Origin: Candidatus Hydrogenedentota bacterium
GTDB lineage: Bacteria > Hydrogenedentota > Hydrogenedentia > Hydrogenedentales > SLHB01
Direction: 5' to 3'
DNA: 25,047 bases
NCBI GenBank assembly: GCA_045863335.1
Contig: BTVY01000068.1
Coordinates: forward strand, 1-25,047
Shown: piece by piece, positions 1 through 7,441 of the stretch
Layout: every line of letters starts with the position of its first letter
Position numbering within the stretch: position 1 is the first letter of the stretch
Notes under the pieces: model-generated
Database searches by the model: none
Seen by the model: only the letters and a program-made list of their open reading frames with translations
Told to the model about the DNA's origin: nothing
Position numbers and translations under genes: made by a program

Positions 1-54
1 CAGAGGACATTTCTAACGAGTTAAGCCAGAGGACATTTCTAACGAGTCTTGACA
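1..54. mobile_element. Terminal end of an insertion sequence (TGT-ended, with repeated subterminal transposase-binding sites; IS1202/IS481/IS21-like). The element body lies left of the window.
   Basis: The 21-mer CAGAGGACATTTCTAACGAGT occurs exactly at 1-21 and 27-47 (26-bp period), followed by CTTGACA ending at 54. The reverse complement reads TGTCAAGACTCGTTAGAAATGTCCTCTG..., the TGT end plus repeat architecture typical of these IS families. Confidence 0.7.
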
Positions 55-70
55 GTACGCGGATTGGAAA

Positions 71-99
71 TTGACTGAACCCGCCCAAGGGGTTACGCT
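71..99 (+). promoter_or_regulatory. Putative sigma70 promoter for the ThuA-like gene
   Basis: TTGACT (71-76), 17-bp spacer, TACGCT (94-99). Confidence 0.5.
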
Positions 100-149
100 T
101 GAGGTTTGGCCGACGATATAACGGATTAACTCGGAGTGAGGGTCGACGG

Positions 150-1043
150 ATGAAAAGTAGCCTGCACATCGGAACGGGGCTTGTCGTAGCGTTCATTTTC
201 GCCGGGATTCCGGCCTGGGGCGCGGAGGGCGATTGTGGGATGTTCTTAAGCAAATCGGCAGGATTCGAACATAGCTGCATCAAGTGGGACGACAACAAAG
301 TCAGCCACGTGGACGGCGTGCTGAACGGGCTGAGCGAACGGCTCGGCATCGACGTGCTGTGCACGAAGGACGCCAGCCTGATTAACGCGGACAATCTGGC
401 AAAGTACAAAGTTGTCATCTTCTATACGACCGGCGATTTGACGACCGAAGGGACCGACGGGTACCCCGCGATGAAGTCGAACGGGGTGGATGACCTCCTG
501 GCATGGATTACTAACGGCGGCGGGTTCGTTGGCTTCCACTGCGCTTCGGATACCTTCCACACGCCGGAGAACGGTCCGGTCACCCCGTTTATCGACATGG
601 TCGGCGGGGAGTTTCGCAACCATGGCAAGCAGTTCGAGGGCATCGTAAAGGTGGTCGACCCGGGCCACCCCACCGTGGCCAGTTTGCCTGCGGAATGGAC
701 GATCCTGGACGAGTGGTACCTGTTCCGGAACTTCAATGTGAACGACATGCACGTGCTCGCGGTGCTCGACCCCGGCCCGGAACGGGAGAAGCAGGAGATG
801 TACCTGGTTCCCGCGTATCCCATCGCGTGGTGCAGCGCCTACGGCAAAGGCCGCGTGTTCTACAACGCCATGGGCCATCGGGAAGACGTCTGGGATAACC
901 CGACTTTCCAACAGCACGTCGTCGACGCGGTGCGCTGGGCCAAGGGCGAAGGCGAAGCCGGAGCGGTACCCAATTTCGCGCAAGTCATGACGGCTGAAGA
1001 TGCGGCCATCGCACAGGGTTTGGCGCCGGAGAAGAAAGAGTAG
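150..1043 (+). CDS. Secreted ThuA-like (class I glutamine amidotransferase-like fold) protein
   Basis: ATG at 150 with GAGGG upstream. Signal peptide MKSSLHIGTGLVVAFIFAGIPAWG. Motifs SKSAGFEHS, YTTGD, GGGFVGFHCASDT, DEWY, YGKGRVFYNAMGH match ThuA-like domains. Confidence 0.85.
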   Translation: MKSSLHIGTGLVVAFIFAGIPAWGAEGDCGMFLSKSAGFEHSCIKWDDNKVSHVDGVLNGLSERLGIDVLCTKDASLINADNLAKYKVVIFYTTGDLTTEGTDGYPAMKSNGVDDLLAWITNGGGFVGFHCASDTFHTPENGPVTPFIDMVGGEFRNHGKQFEGIVKVVDPGHPTVASLPAEWTILDEWYLFRNFNVNDMHVLAVLDPGPEREKQEMYLVPAYPIAWCSAYGKGRVFYNAMGHREDVWDNPTFQQHVVDAVRWAKGEGEAGAVPNFAQVMTAEDAAIAQGLAPEKKE

Positions 1044-1077
1044 TGCCGAGCCGAACGTGCTGCGGCGGGGAGCGTTC

Positions 1078-2289
1078 ATGATCGCCAGGAACCATCGAGC
1101 GGCCGGGCGAGCGGCCGTCCTCGCTTTGCTGGTTTGCGCCTGTTGGTTCAGTGCGACGGTGCATGCGGATCGCATCGACATAGGGCCGCTCGACGCCATT
1201 GAGCCCGCCGAACACCAGCTCACCATTCGGGAAGCGATAGACGGCGCCGGTTCAGGGCGGCATAGTTTCGTCTTCGCGCCGGGCGATTACTCTTTTACCG
1301 ATCCCGCGGGCGTGCGGATTCCGGGGAACTCAACGGTTCACCTGGAAGGCGCGCGCATCCTGTGGAGCGACGCGGTCGAAGCCGACGGGCAGACGTTCGT
1401 TCTTGAAGACGTTTCCAATGTGCAGTTCATCGGCGGCGAAATCGTTGGCCGGCGAGATGCTTGGGACCCCGGCGTCAATGTCGCGGGCATACGCGCGACC
1501 GGCGAATGCCACCGCATTCGGATAACCGATCTTGTCTGCCGCGATCTGACCAGCAACGCCTTCGGATTCTTCGGTACCGCCGAAGCGCCCATGTCCGAGA
1601 TCGAGCTTGTGCGCGTGCGCGGGTACAACTGCTGCAACTTCTACGGCGACTATCTTTCCGAGCAGAGCGGCCCGGCCAAGAACAGTGTGCGCGAAGATCA
1701 AGGTACGGTGGCCATGTACCACGTGAATGACTGGCTTGTGGACGGCTGCTGGTTCGAGGGGTCCCAGTCCGACGGCACGCATTTTTACTTTTCCCATCGC
1801 GGACGCTTCGTCAACTCGGTCGTGCGCGGCAGCCAGATGGGCGGCTATTTCCTCGAAGGGTGCAAAGACGTGATCGCCGCGAACAACCACATCGACCACA
1901 ACGGCTCTCGCGGTTGCACCATCGAACGCAACAGCCGCGACTGCCTGCTCGTGAACAACATCGTGTCCAACAGCGGCAGGGAAGGCCTCTGGGCGCCGGA
2001 CGTGGCGGGAATTCTCGTGCAGAACAACATCTTTCGCACGAACGGCCGCAAGGATGACGCGGAAAAGGACTGCGAGATCCGGCTCGACGAGGGCGATAAG
2101 TACGAGGTGGAAACCCGCGACATTCGCATCGAAGGCAATCTTTTCTACACGACACCGGAGCAGACCGCAGCCATTTTTCTCAGCGATGGTGTAGTGGATG
2201 TAGTCGTAGGAGAAAGCACGTTTCATGGAGACGCACAACCGGTCCACGTGACGGAAGAGACGCGGAAGGCGAATACTGTTCGGCCCTAG
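1078..2289 (+). CDS. Secreted right-handed parallel beta-helix (pectin lyase-like / NosD-like) protein
   Basis: GGGGAG RBS before ATG 1078. Signal peptide ending ATVHA. FAPGDY cap, then PbH1-type repeats (VLEDVSNVQFIGGEI, VIAANNHIDHNGSRG, LLVNNIVSNSGREG, ILVQNNIF). Confidence 0.85.
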   Translation: MIARNHRAAGRAAVLALLVCACWFSATVHADRIDIGPLDAIEPAEHQLTIREAIDGAGSGRHSFVFAPGDYSFTDPAGVRIPGNSTVHLEGARILWSDAVEADGQTFVLEDVSNVQFIGGEIVGRRDAWDPGVNVAGIRATGECHRIRITDLVCRDLTSNAFGFFGTAEAPMSEIELVRVRGYNCCNFYGDYLSEQSGPAKNSVREDQGTVAMYHVNDWLVDGCWFEGSQSDGTHFYFSHRGRFVNSVVRGSQMGGYFLEGCKDVIAANNHIDHNGSRGCTIERNSRDCLLVNNIVSNSGREGLWAPDVAGILVQNNIFRTNGRKDDAEKDCEIRLDEGDKYEVETRDIRIEGNLFYTTPEQTAAIFLSDGVVDVVVGESTFHGDAQPVHVTEETRKANTVRP

Positions 2290-2314
2290 TGACGCACAGG
2301 AATCCGTCTTGCGG

Positions 2315-2532
2315 GTCATCCTTCGCTTCGCTGCTAAGAGCATGGTCCGCAAGCCATTTCATTAGCCGTGGTTTCTCGGTATCGGGATCGCTATGGGGAT
2401 CGGTATCGAGTGGGACGCGCAAAGCGATTCCGATACCGATCCCGATAGCGATATCGACAAGAGGCGCCGGCGCTCGCGACTGTTCGCCCGCGTTTCGCCA
2501 CGCCCCCAGCGTGGTCCATCGCTCAGGATGAT
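2315..2532. repeat. REP-like palindrome (GTCATCCT...AGGATGA type), apparently split by a 186-bp insertion
   Basis: GTCATCCTTCGCTTCGCT at 2315-2332 and TCGCTCAGGATGAT at 2519-2532, with TCGCT duplicated at both junctions. Confidence 0.45.
2376..2457. repeat. Hairpin made of inverted hexamer (NNATCG) tandem repeats
   Basis: TCGGTATCGGGATCGCTATGGGGATCGGTATCG (2376-2408) is complementary to CGATACCGATCCCGATAGCGATATCGA (2431-2457) with few mismatches. Confidence 0.8.
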
Positions 2533-2574
2533 GTGAGGTCGCGATGATGAAACGTAACGCATGGAGGATTCGCA

Positions 2575-3822
2575 ATGCAGGGTTTATTGCATCGTTTGTT
2601 GCCGATGCCCATTCGACGGCTGGCCGCGAGTGCGATTGCGTTTATCGCGGTGTCAGCCCACGCTGCCAGCGACGGTCTGTGGATGCAGGTTTACTCGTAC
2701 GATCTCCCCGGCGAGCAGGCGTACTACGACGACCTCACTAAATCCTACGCCGCCGAATCCGGCTCGCCGATGGTTCGCATCACCCTGGAAAAGTGGGATC
2801 ACGCTCACGACCAGATCGCTGATTGGTTCACGGCAAGCGAAGGACCGGATCTCATCGTCGTGCCGGACATCTGGCTCGCGGAATTCGCGGAGCACATCGA
2901 GCCGTTCGACGCGTATGTTTCGCCTGAAATGCAGGATGAATTCTACGAGGTCCTCTACAACAAGGGCATCTACAAGGATCAGCTGCTGGGCCTCGTGTGG
3001 GCTACGTCCACGAAAGCGCTCTTCTACCGTACGGACCTCTTCGAGAAGGCCGGCCTTGAACCGCCGAAGACCTGGGCGGAACAACTCGGCGCGGCGGTTG
3101 CCCTCAACGATCCGCCGCATGTCCACGGACTTGGCCTTCCCGGCGCGCGCGAGTACGAGACCGACGACAACTTCTTCTTCTACTTCTGGTCAGCGGGCGG
3201 ACGATTCTTCGATGAGAACGGAAAATGCACGTTGAATAGCGAGGCGGGTGTGCAGGCCTTGCAGTTCTACTGCGACCTCGTGAACAAGTACCACGTCACG
3301 CAGCCTGAAGTAACCACGTGGAACCGCAAACAGACGCGCGGCCTGCTGGAACAGGGCAAGCTCGCCATGTTCGCTACCGGACCCTGGGGCATCGAGCAGA
3401 TGCGGAAGAATGCGCCAGGCGTGCCGTTTGCGGTGGTGCCCTTGCCGATTTTGCACGAACCGGTGACGCAGATTATCACCGATCACCTCGTGCTCGCGAA
3501 GTATTCGACCCGCAAGGACGAGGCCGCGCGGTTCGTGCAGTTCGCCTACCAGGATGAGCACCGGCTCGCCTTCGCGAAGAAGGGCATTCTGCCGGAGAAG
3601 AAAGCCGTCGCCCAGGACACCCATTTCCAGGACGACCCGAACTGGAAGGTCTTTGTCGATGTCATTCCCACCGGTCACACCATTCCCCTCATGCAATGGG
3701 AGGAAGTCGGCATCGCCATTCGGGAAGCCATGTATCAGGCGTTGTCAGGCCGGAAAACGCCAAAGCAGGCCCTGGACGAGTTGGCAATAATCGTCGACAA
3801 ACACGTAGCCGCGCAGAAGTAG
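2575..3822 (+). CDS. Sugar ABC transporter substrate-binding protein (extracellular solute-binding family 1)
   Basis: GGAGG 7 nt before ATG 2575. Signal peptide ending AHA. Motifs GPDLIVV, ALFYRTDLFEKAGLEPPKTW, GKLAMFATGPW, C-terminal TPKQALDE. Confidence 0.9.
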   Translation: MQGLLHRLLPMPIRRLAASAIAFIAVSAHAASDGLWMQVYSYDLPGEQAYYDDLTKSYAAESGSPMVRITLEKWDHAHDQIADWFTASEGPDLIVVPDIWLAEFAEHIEPFDAYVSPEMQDEFYEVLYNKGIYKDQLLGLVWATSTKALFYRTDLFEKAGLEPPKTWAEQLGAAVALNDPPHVHGLGLPGAREYETDDNFFFYFWSAGGRFFDENGKCTLNSEAGVQALQFYCDLVNKYHVTQPEVTTWNRKQTRGLLEQGKLAMFATGPWGIEQMRKNAPGVPFAVVPLPILHEPVTQIITDHLVLAKYSTRKDEAARFVQFAYQDEHRLAFAKKGILPEKKAVAQDTHFQDDPNWKVFVDVIPTGHTIPLMQWEEVGIAIREAMYQALSGRKTPKQALDELAIIVDKHVAAQK

Positions 3823-3828
3823 GTGTTT

Positions 3829-3897
3829 ATGTAGCGCAGGCGTCCTCGCCTGCATTCATTGTCGACCAGAATGCAGGCGAGGACGCCTGCGCTACAT
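3829..3897. repeat. GTAG-family REP doublet (REPIN-like), probably also a bidirectional terminator between convergent genes
   Basis: Perfect 29-bp inverted repeat ATGTAGCGCAGGCGTCCTCGCCTGCATTC (3829-3857 / 3869-3897) with an 11-nt loop. Each arm is GTAG plus the internal palindrome GCAGGCG-TCCT-CGCCTGC. Confidence 0.85.
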
Positions 3898-3944
3898 GTC
3901 ACGGACCCTTCGCGTCTTTGGGTTACCCCAACGGCGCCGATACG

Positions 3945-4742
3945 TTACACTGGTGACTGCCGCGCCTGTTCCACCTCATCTGGCGACGCAAGTTTTCCGC
4001 GCAAGATCCATATTTGCAGCTTAACCAACACCGGGGTGACGTGTAACAGCACGAACATGATGAGGCATGTGCCAAGCGCTACGTACTGAAGCGTAAACGG
4101 GCTGAAGTCTCTTGGCACCGTCCTGAAAACCTTTAGTGTCGCGTCGTTACTAAACACTGAAGCATCGCTTTTCAGCAGAAGTAACGCGGTGCAAACGGCC
4201 AGTACGACTTCTAGTACACGGAGCATCCAAGGCAAGTGCATGTCCGACATTCTGGCAAGGGAGCGTCCGAGGAGTCGTGTTCCGGGCTCGAAAAAAGTTG
4301 CGGAACACATAATCCAGAATGCAAGTAGTGAAACGGCATATGCCAATGATCGTGTGATTAGAAGGAACCTCGATAGCTGAACCGCTTGGGCGAAAGACTC
4401 TGGTACGTCGTAAGACCCACCGATATGTGGCAACCACAACGCAGCAATAAGTTGAATGGCGAGCAAGAGGACAAATGTCGTCCCAACCACAAGATAGGCC
4501 TTGACCGCTGCGTTACCCGCATGCACGCGATTCGCTGCAATGCATACCACCGCGTATACGCACCATAGGAGCAGGGCAAGGGCTACTCCCCACGAAATCT
4601 TCTGCGCCGCAAACGGCGGATAGTCAAGCAGTAACCCGCCATATACGGTTGTCAACCCAGACGGAACGACCAGCACAACCAAAGCGCGGACTTGAAAGCC
4701 CGCCGATTTGAGGCTCCATCCTGTGGTTGCAGAATCGGACAT
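3945..4742 (-). CDS. Hypothetical polytopic membrane protein (about 6 TM segments), lower GC than its neighbours
   Basis: GGGAG RBS before ATG 4742 (MSDSATT...). Several long hydrophobic stretches. No recognisable family. Confidence 0.6.
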   Translation of the reverse strand: MSDSATTGWSLKSAGFQVRALVVLVVPSGLTTVYGGLLLDYPPFAAQKISWGVALALLLWCVYAVVCIAANRVHAGNAAVKAYLVVGTTFVLLLAIQLIAALWLPHIGGSYDVPESFAQAVQLSRFLLITRSLAYAVSLLAFWIMCSATFFEPGTRLLGRSLARMSDMHLPWMLRVLEVVLAVCTALLLLKSDASVFSNDATLKVFRTVPRDFSPFTLQYVALGTCLIMFVLLHVTPVLVKLQIWILRGKLASPDEVEQARQSPV

Positions 4743-4937
4743 CGAACGCTCCCGTACAAGTGAAACCTTATCACGGTTTTTGGGATCGTTGCACGCAAAA
4801 GTAAAAGGAAGGTGCTTTCCGTAAGGAGCCTCGCGCTTACATGCCGCGTAACGGACTGATTTCGTAATCAACACAGCCGCCCTCAACGCCCATCTTTAGC
4901 CCATTCGTCCAGCGCATTGCGGCTTTGCGTTTTTGCG

Positions 4938-5714
4938 CTAGCCCACCAATTGAAGCACCTCGCGAAGGTCTGTAATCTCCCAGCGCGGCGTTACGCCATT
5001 TGCGGATTCGCCGATGCGGTTGATCCACGCGCCAGGGATGCCGCGGGCCTGGGCGCCGCCGATATCACGGGGGAGGTTGTTGCCGACCATGATGGCTTCG
5101 CGGGCTTCCACACCGGCGATCTCGAGAGCTTGATCGAACATCCGTGCGTCGGGTTTCGCCATGCCGACTTCACCGGAGACTACGATACCCTTGAAGTAGG
5201 GGCCAAATCCTACGGCGTCGACTTTGGCTCGCTGATGATGGCCTGGGCCGTTCGTCACGAGGACCAGGGGGACACGTGCGGCCAGCGTCTCCAGCACCTC
5301 TATAGCTTCCGGAAACACGCGATGATGTGCGTGGCGGTTTTCAATGTAGCGTTCGAGGACTTCGTCCGCCAAAGCGTCATCCTCGATGCCAAAGGCCCGC
5401 AACCCGTCGCGAAAGAAACCCCGCCGATACTGTTCCAGCCAGTCTTTCATGTCATTCGCGTGAGGCGCGTTGAGGTCATACTCCGCAGAGAGCAGGTCTG
5501 ACGATCCCGCATCGATGGCGCGCAGGTAGTCGATCGCCGGCGCCGTGCGAAACACTTCGCGCCCGAGTACACGTGCCTTGGCAAAGAACGCATCCACGGC
5601 GACGCCATGTCGTTCCTCTACGGGTGCGCATGCCGCCCGATACGCGTCAACGAGCGGCGCTTCCTCTTCCATCAGCGTGTCGTCGAGATCGAAAAACACC
5701 GCGCGGATTGCCAT
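4938..5714 (-). CDS. HAD-superfamily hydrolase (subfamily IA, YjjG/NanP-like)
   Basis: Motif I FFDLDDTL, motif II VTNG, motif III KPD, motif IV MVGNNLPRDIGGA. Confidence 0.92.
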   Translation of the reverse strand: MAIRAVFFDLDDTLMEEEAPLVDAYRAACAPVEERHGVAVDAFFAKARVLGREVFRTAPAIDYLRAIDAGSSDLLSAEYDLNAPHANDMKDWLEQYRRGFFRDGLRAFGIEDDALADEVLERYIENRHAHHRVFPEAIEVLETLAARVPLVLVTNGPGHHQRAKVDAVGFGPYFKGIVVSGEVGMAKPDARMFDQALEIAGVEAREAIMVGNNLPRDIGGAQARGIPGAWINRIGESANGVTPRWEITDLREVLQLVG

Positions 5715-5927
5715 AACGTTTCCATCAATCGCGACGTCTACCAGTTGACAATCTTAAGTCCATGCTAGGGAGCCATTTGCGGAAGTACGCCGCGCGCGTC
5801 GCGATCGCGGGGCGCCGGTCCTCTCGGCTCTCGCGCTCCAACTTACCGAGGTTAACGGCAACCAAGCAAGCACCAGCCGAGTGGCCGCCGTTCGTTACAA
5901 CACGTAGGGTCCATCGAGTCAATAGGC

Positions 5928-5956
5928 TTGCGGCAGCGCATCTTGGTTTATATGCT
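5928..5956 (+). promoter_or_regulatory. Putative sigma70 promoter for the DUF3592-like gene
   Basis: TTGCGG (5928-5933), 17 bp, TATGCT (5951-5956), about 60 bp upstream of ATG 6017. Confidence 0.4.
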
Positions 5957-6016
5957 GGTTGTCATGGTCTTGCCCCTTTCGATTGCAGAAAAGTGGAAGC
6001 AGTTCACGATGAAACC

Positions 6017-7378
6017 ATGATTCGCAAAGAAGTTGCCAATCCGATCGCCCGGGCTGGGATCAAGTTTTTTCTGGGCACGGCGATGTTTGGCGTTGGCGCC
6101 ATTTTGTTCGGTGTGTATTACACGACCGAAACCGGCATTCGGGCCGCGCGCGACTGGGTGGAAGTGCCTTGCATCATTGAAGTGTCCGAGTACGTCCAGG
6201 GTGACGCGGGCGACCGCTCTCTTCAGATGACCTACCGGTACGAGTACGATGGACAGATCTACCGTTCGGACCGGCTCGACATGCTTCCAGGCAGCATGGG
6301 CGACGACGGAAACTGGGAGGACGAATTATTCGAGAACCATCCTGTTGATTCCGAAGCCGTCTGCTTTGTCAATCCGCGCGACCCCAATGAGGCAGTGCTC
6401 GATCGCGAACACGGAAGCGCGGGCGCGCGGAACATACGCCTGCTTTCGTTTCCCTTTCTCTTCGCAGGGGCCGCATTCTATGTCTCGGAGATTCTCGGGT
6501 GGTTTCGATCGCGATCACCGGCGGACGCCGCGGTCGCTGCCGGAATCGACCCCCTCGACTTGCCGCCTCCGCCGCGCCGCGCGGGAATCGGCAGGTGTCT
6601 GGCCATAGTCGTCGGTGCTCCGGTTATGACCCAGCTCGCGTGGGCGTTCTTGGTCGGGTTCGTCTTCGTGTTCCGGATCATGGAAGGCCCCGCAATGCTG
6701 CGCGACTTGTGGCCGTCAAGCGAACAACGCGCTCAAGGCATCGTCACGAAGGTTACGCCGCTCGATACCTACGAGTTCGAACAGCAGGTCTACGCCTTTA
6801 CCTTCGAATACGATATGGACGGAATTTCACAACGCGGTGAAAGCCACGCGCGCGGCAATCGCTACGATGCGGGGGATCGCGTGGAGATCGTCGTCGATCC
6901 CGAACGGCCCGAAACCGCGCGCATCGAGGGGTCGCGCAACCGCGAGGTGCCGCTTTGGGTGGCGCTGATCTTCGGCGCGCCGGTGCCCCTGCTCGCTTTC
7001 GGGATCGTGGCGGGCTACGTCTCCAATTTCCGATCCGTCGGTTTGCTGCGGAACGGCGTGCTGACGCGCGCAAGGAGGGTCAGTGCCGCGTCCGCACCAA
7101 TGCCTGACGGGGCCGATCCCTACGCGAACCTGCCGAAATTTTTCTTCGCGGTTGACGGTGCACAGCATCGCGTCGACCCCCGGTCGCACGTGCCGTCCAA
7201 CGAGGACGAAGTCGCCGTGCTTTACGACCCGCGTAATCCAGCATTGAACTTGGGGCTAAACCCGCACCAACTCGCTATCCTCCGTGGGGGAAAGAGCGCC
7301 TGGGCCGCGGTGATCGCGTCGCTCGCCATTCCAGCGATTTGCGTTTCGGTGATTGCCTGGCTGTTCTGGTGGGCTTGA
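6017..7378 (+). CDS. Membrane protein with tandem DUF3592-like domains
   Basis: Probable start ATG 6017 (MIRKEVA). Unit 1: TM-WVEVPCII...YRYEYDGQIYRS...VCFVNPRDPNEAVL-TM. Unit 2: AQGIVT...FEYDMDG...GDRVEIVVDPERPETARI-TM. A third partial unit: VAVLYDPRNP. Confidence 0.8.
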   Translation: MIRKEVANPIARAGIKFFLGTAMFGVGAILFGVYYTTETGIRAARDWVEVPCIIEVSEYVQGDAGDRSLQMTYRYEYDGQIYRSDRLDMLPGSMGDDGNWEDELFENHPVDSEAVCFVNPRDPNEAVLDREHGSAGARNIRLLSFPFLFAGAAFYVSEILGWFRSRSPADAAVAAGIDPLDLPPPPRRAGIGRCLAIVVGAPVMTQLAWAFLVGFVFVFRIMEGPAMLRDLWPSSEQRAQGIVTKVTPLDTYEFEQQVYAFTFEYDMDGISQRGESHARGNRYDAGDRVEIVVDPERPETARIEGSRNREVPLWVALIFGAPVPLLAFGIVAGYVSNFRSVGLLRNGVLTRARRVSAASAPMPDGADPYANLPKFFFAVDGAQHRVDPRSHVPSNEDEVAVLYDPRNPALNLGLNPHQLAILRGGKSAWAAVIASLAIPAICVSVIAWLFWWA

Positions 7379-7441
7379 CGAAATAGTTGATCGGAGCGCC
7401 GCCCCAGGTCGAAGTGCCGTAGAACCGACGCCGTAGACGAA

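Noticed and set aside
1-54. CRISPR array
   Set aside because: Only two 21-bp repeats with 5 bp between them. Too short for spacers and better explained as an IS end.
49-77. Hybrid promoter from the IS-borne TTGACA (49-54)
   Set aside because: No -10-like hexamer 16-18 bp downstream (TGACTG at the 17-bp position).
2405-2430. c-di-GMP-I riboswitch-like GAGTGGGACGC..GCAAAGC
   Set aside because: Lacks the GGCAAA/GAAA tetraloop stem and P1/P3 architecture. It is the loop of the hexamer hairpin.
3915-3950. Integron attC site after the low-GC ORF (TGTAAC...GTTGGGG on the minus strand)
   Set aside because: About 25 bp, far below attC length, with no L boxes and no cassette array or integrase.
4743-4937. 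Riboswitch or ribozyme between the HAD gene and the ORFan
   Set aside because: Only short hairpins and no recognisable aptamer or hammerhead core. An Rfam scan would settle it.
5762-6016. N-terminal extension of the 538-aa ORF
   Set aside because: Arg/Ala-rich non-protein-like sequence covering the divergent promoter region. ATG 6017 fits better.
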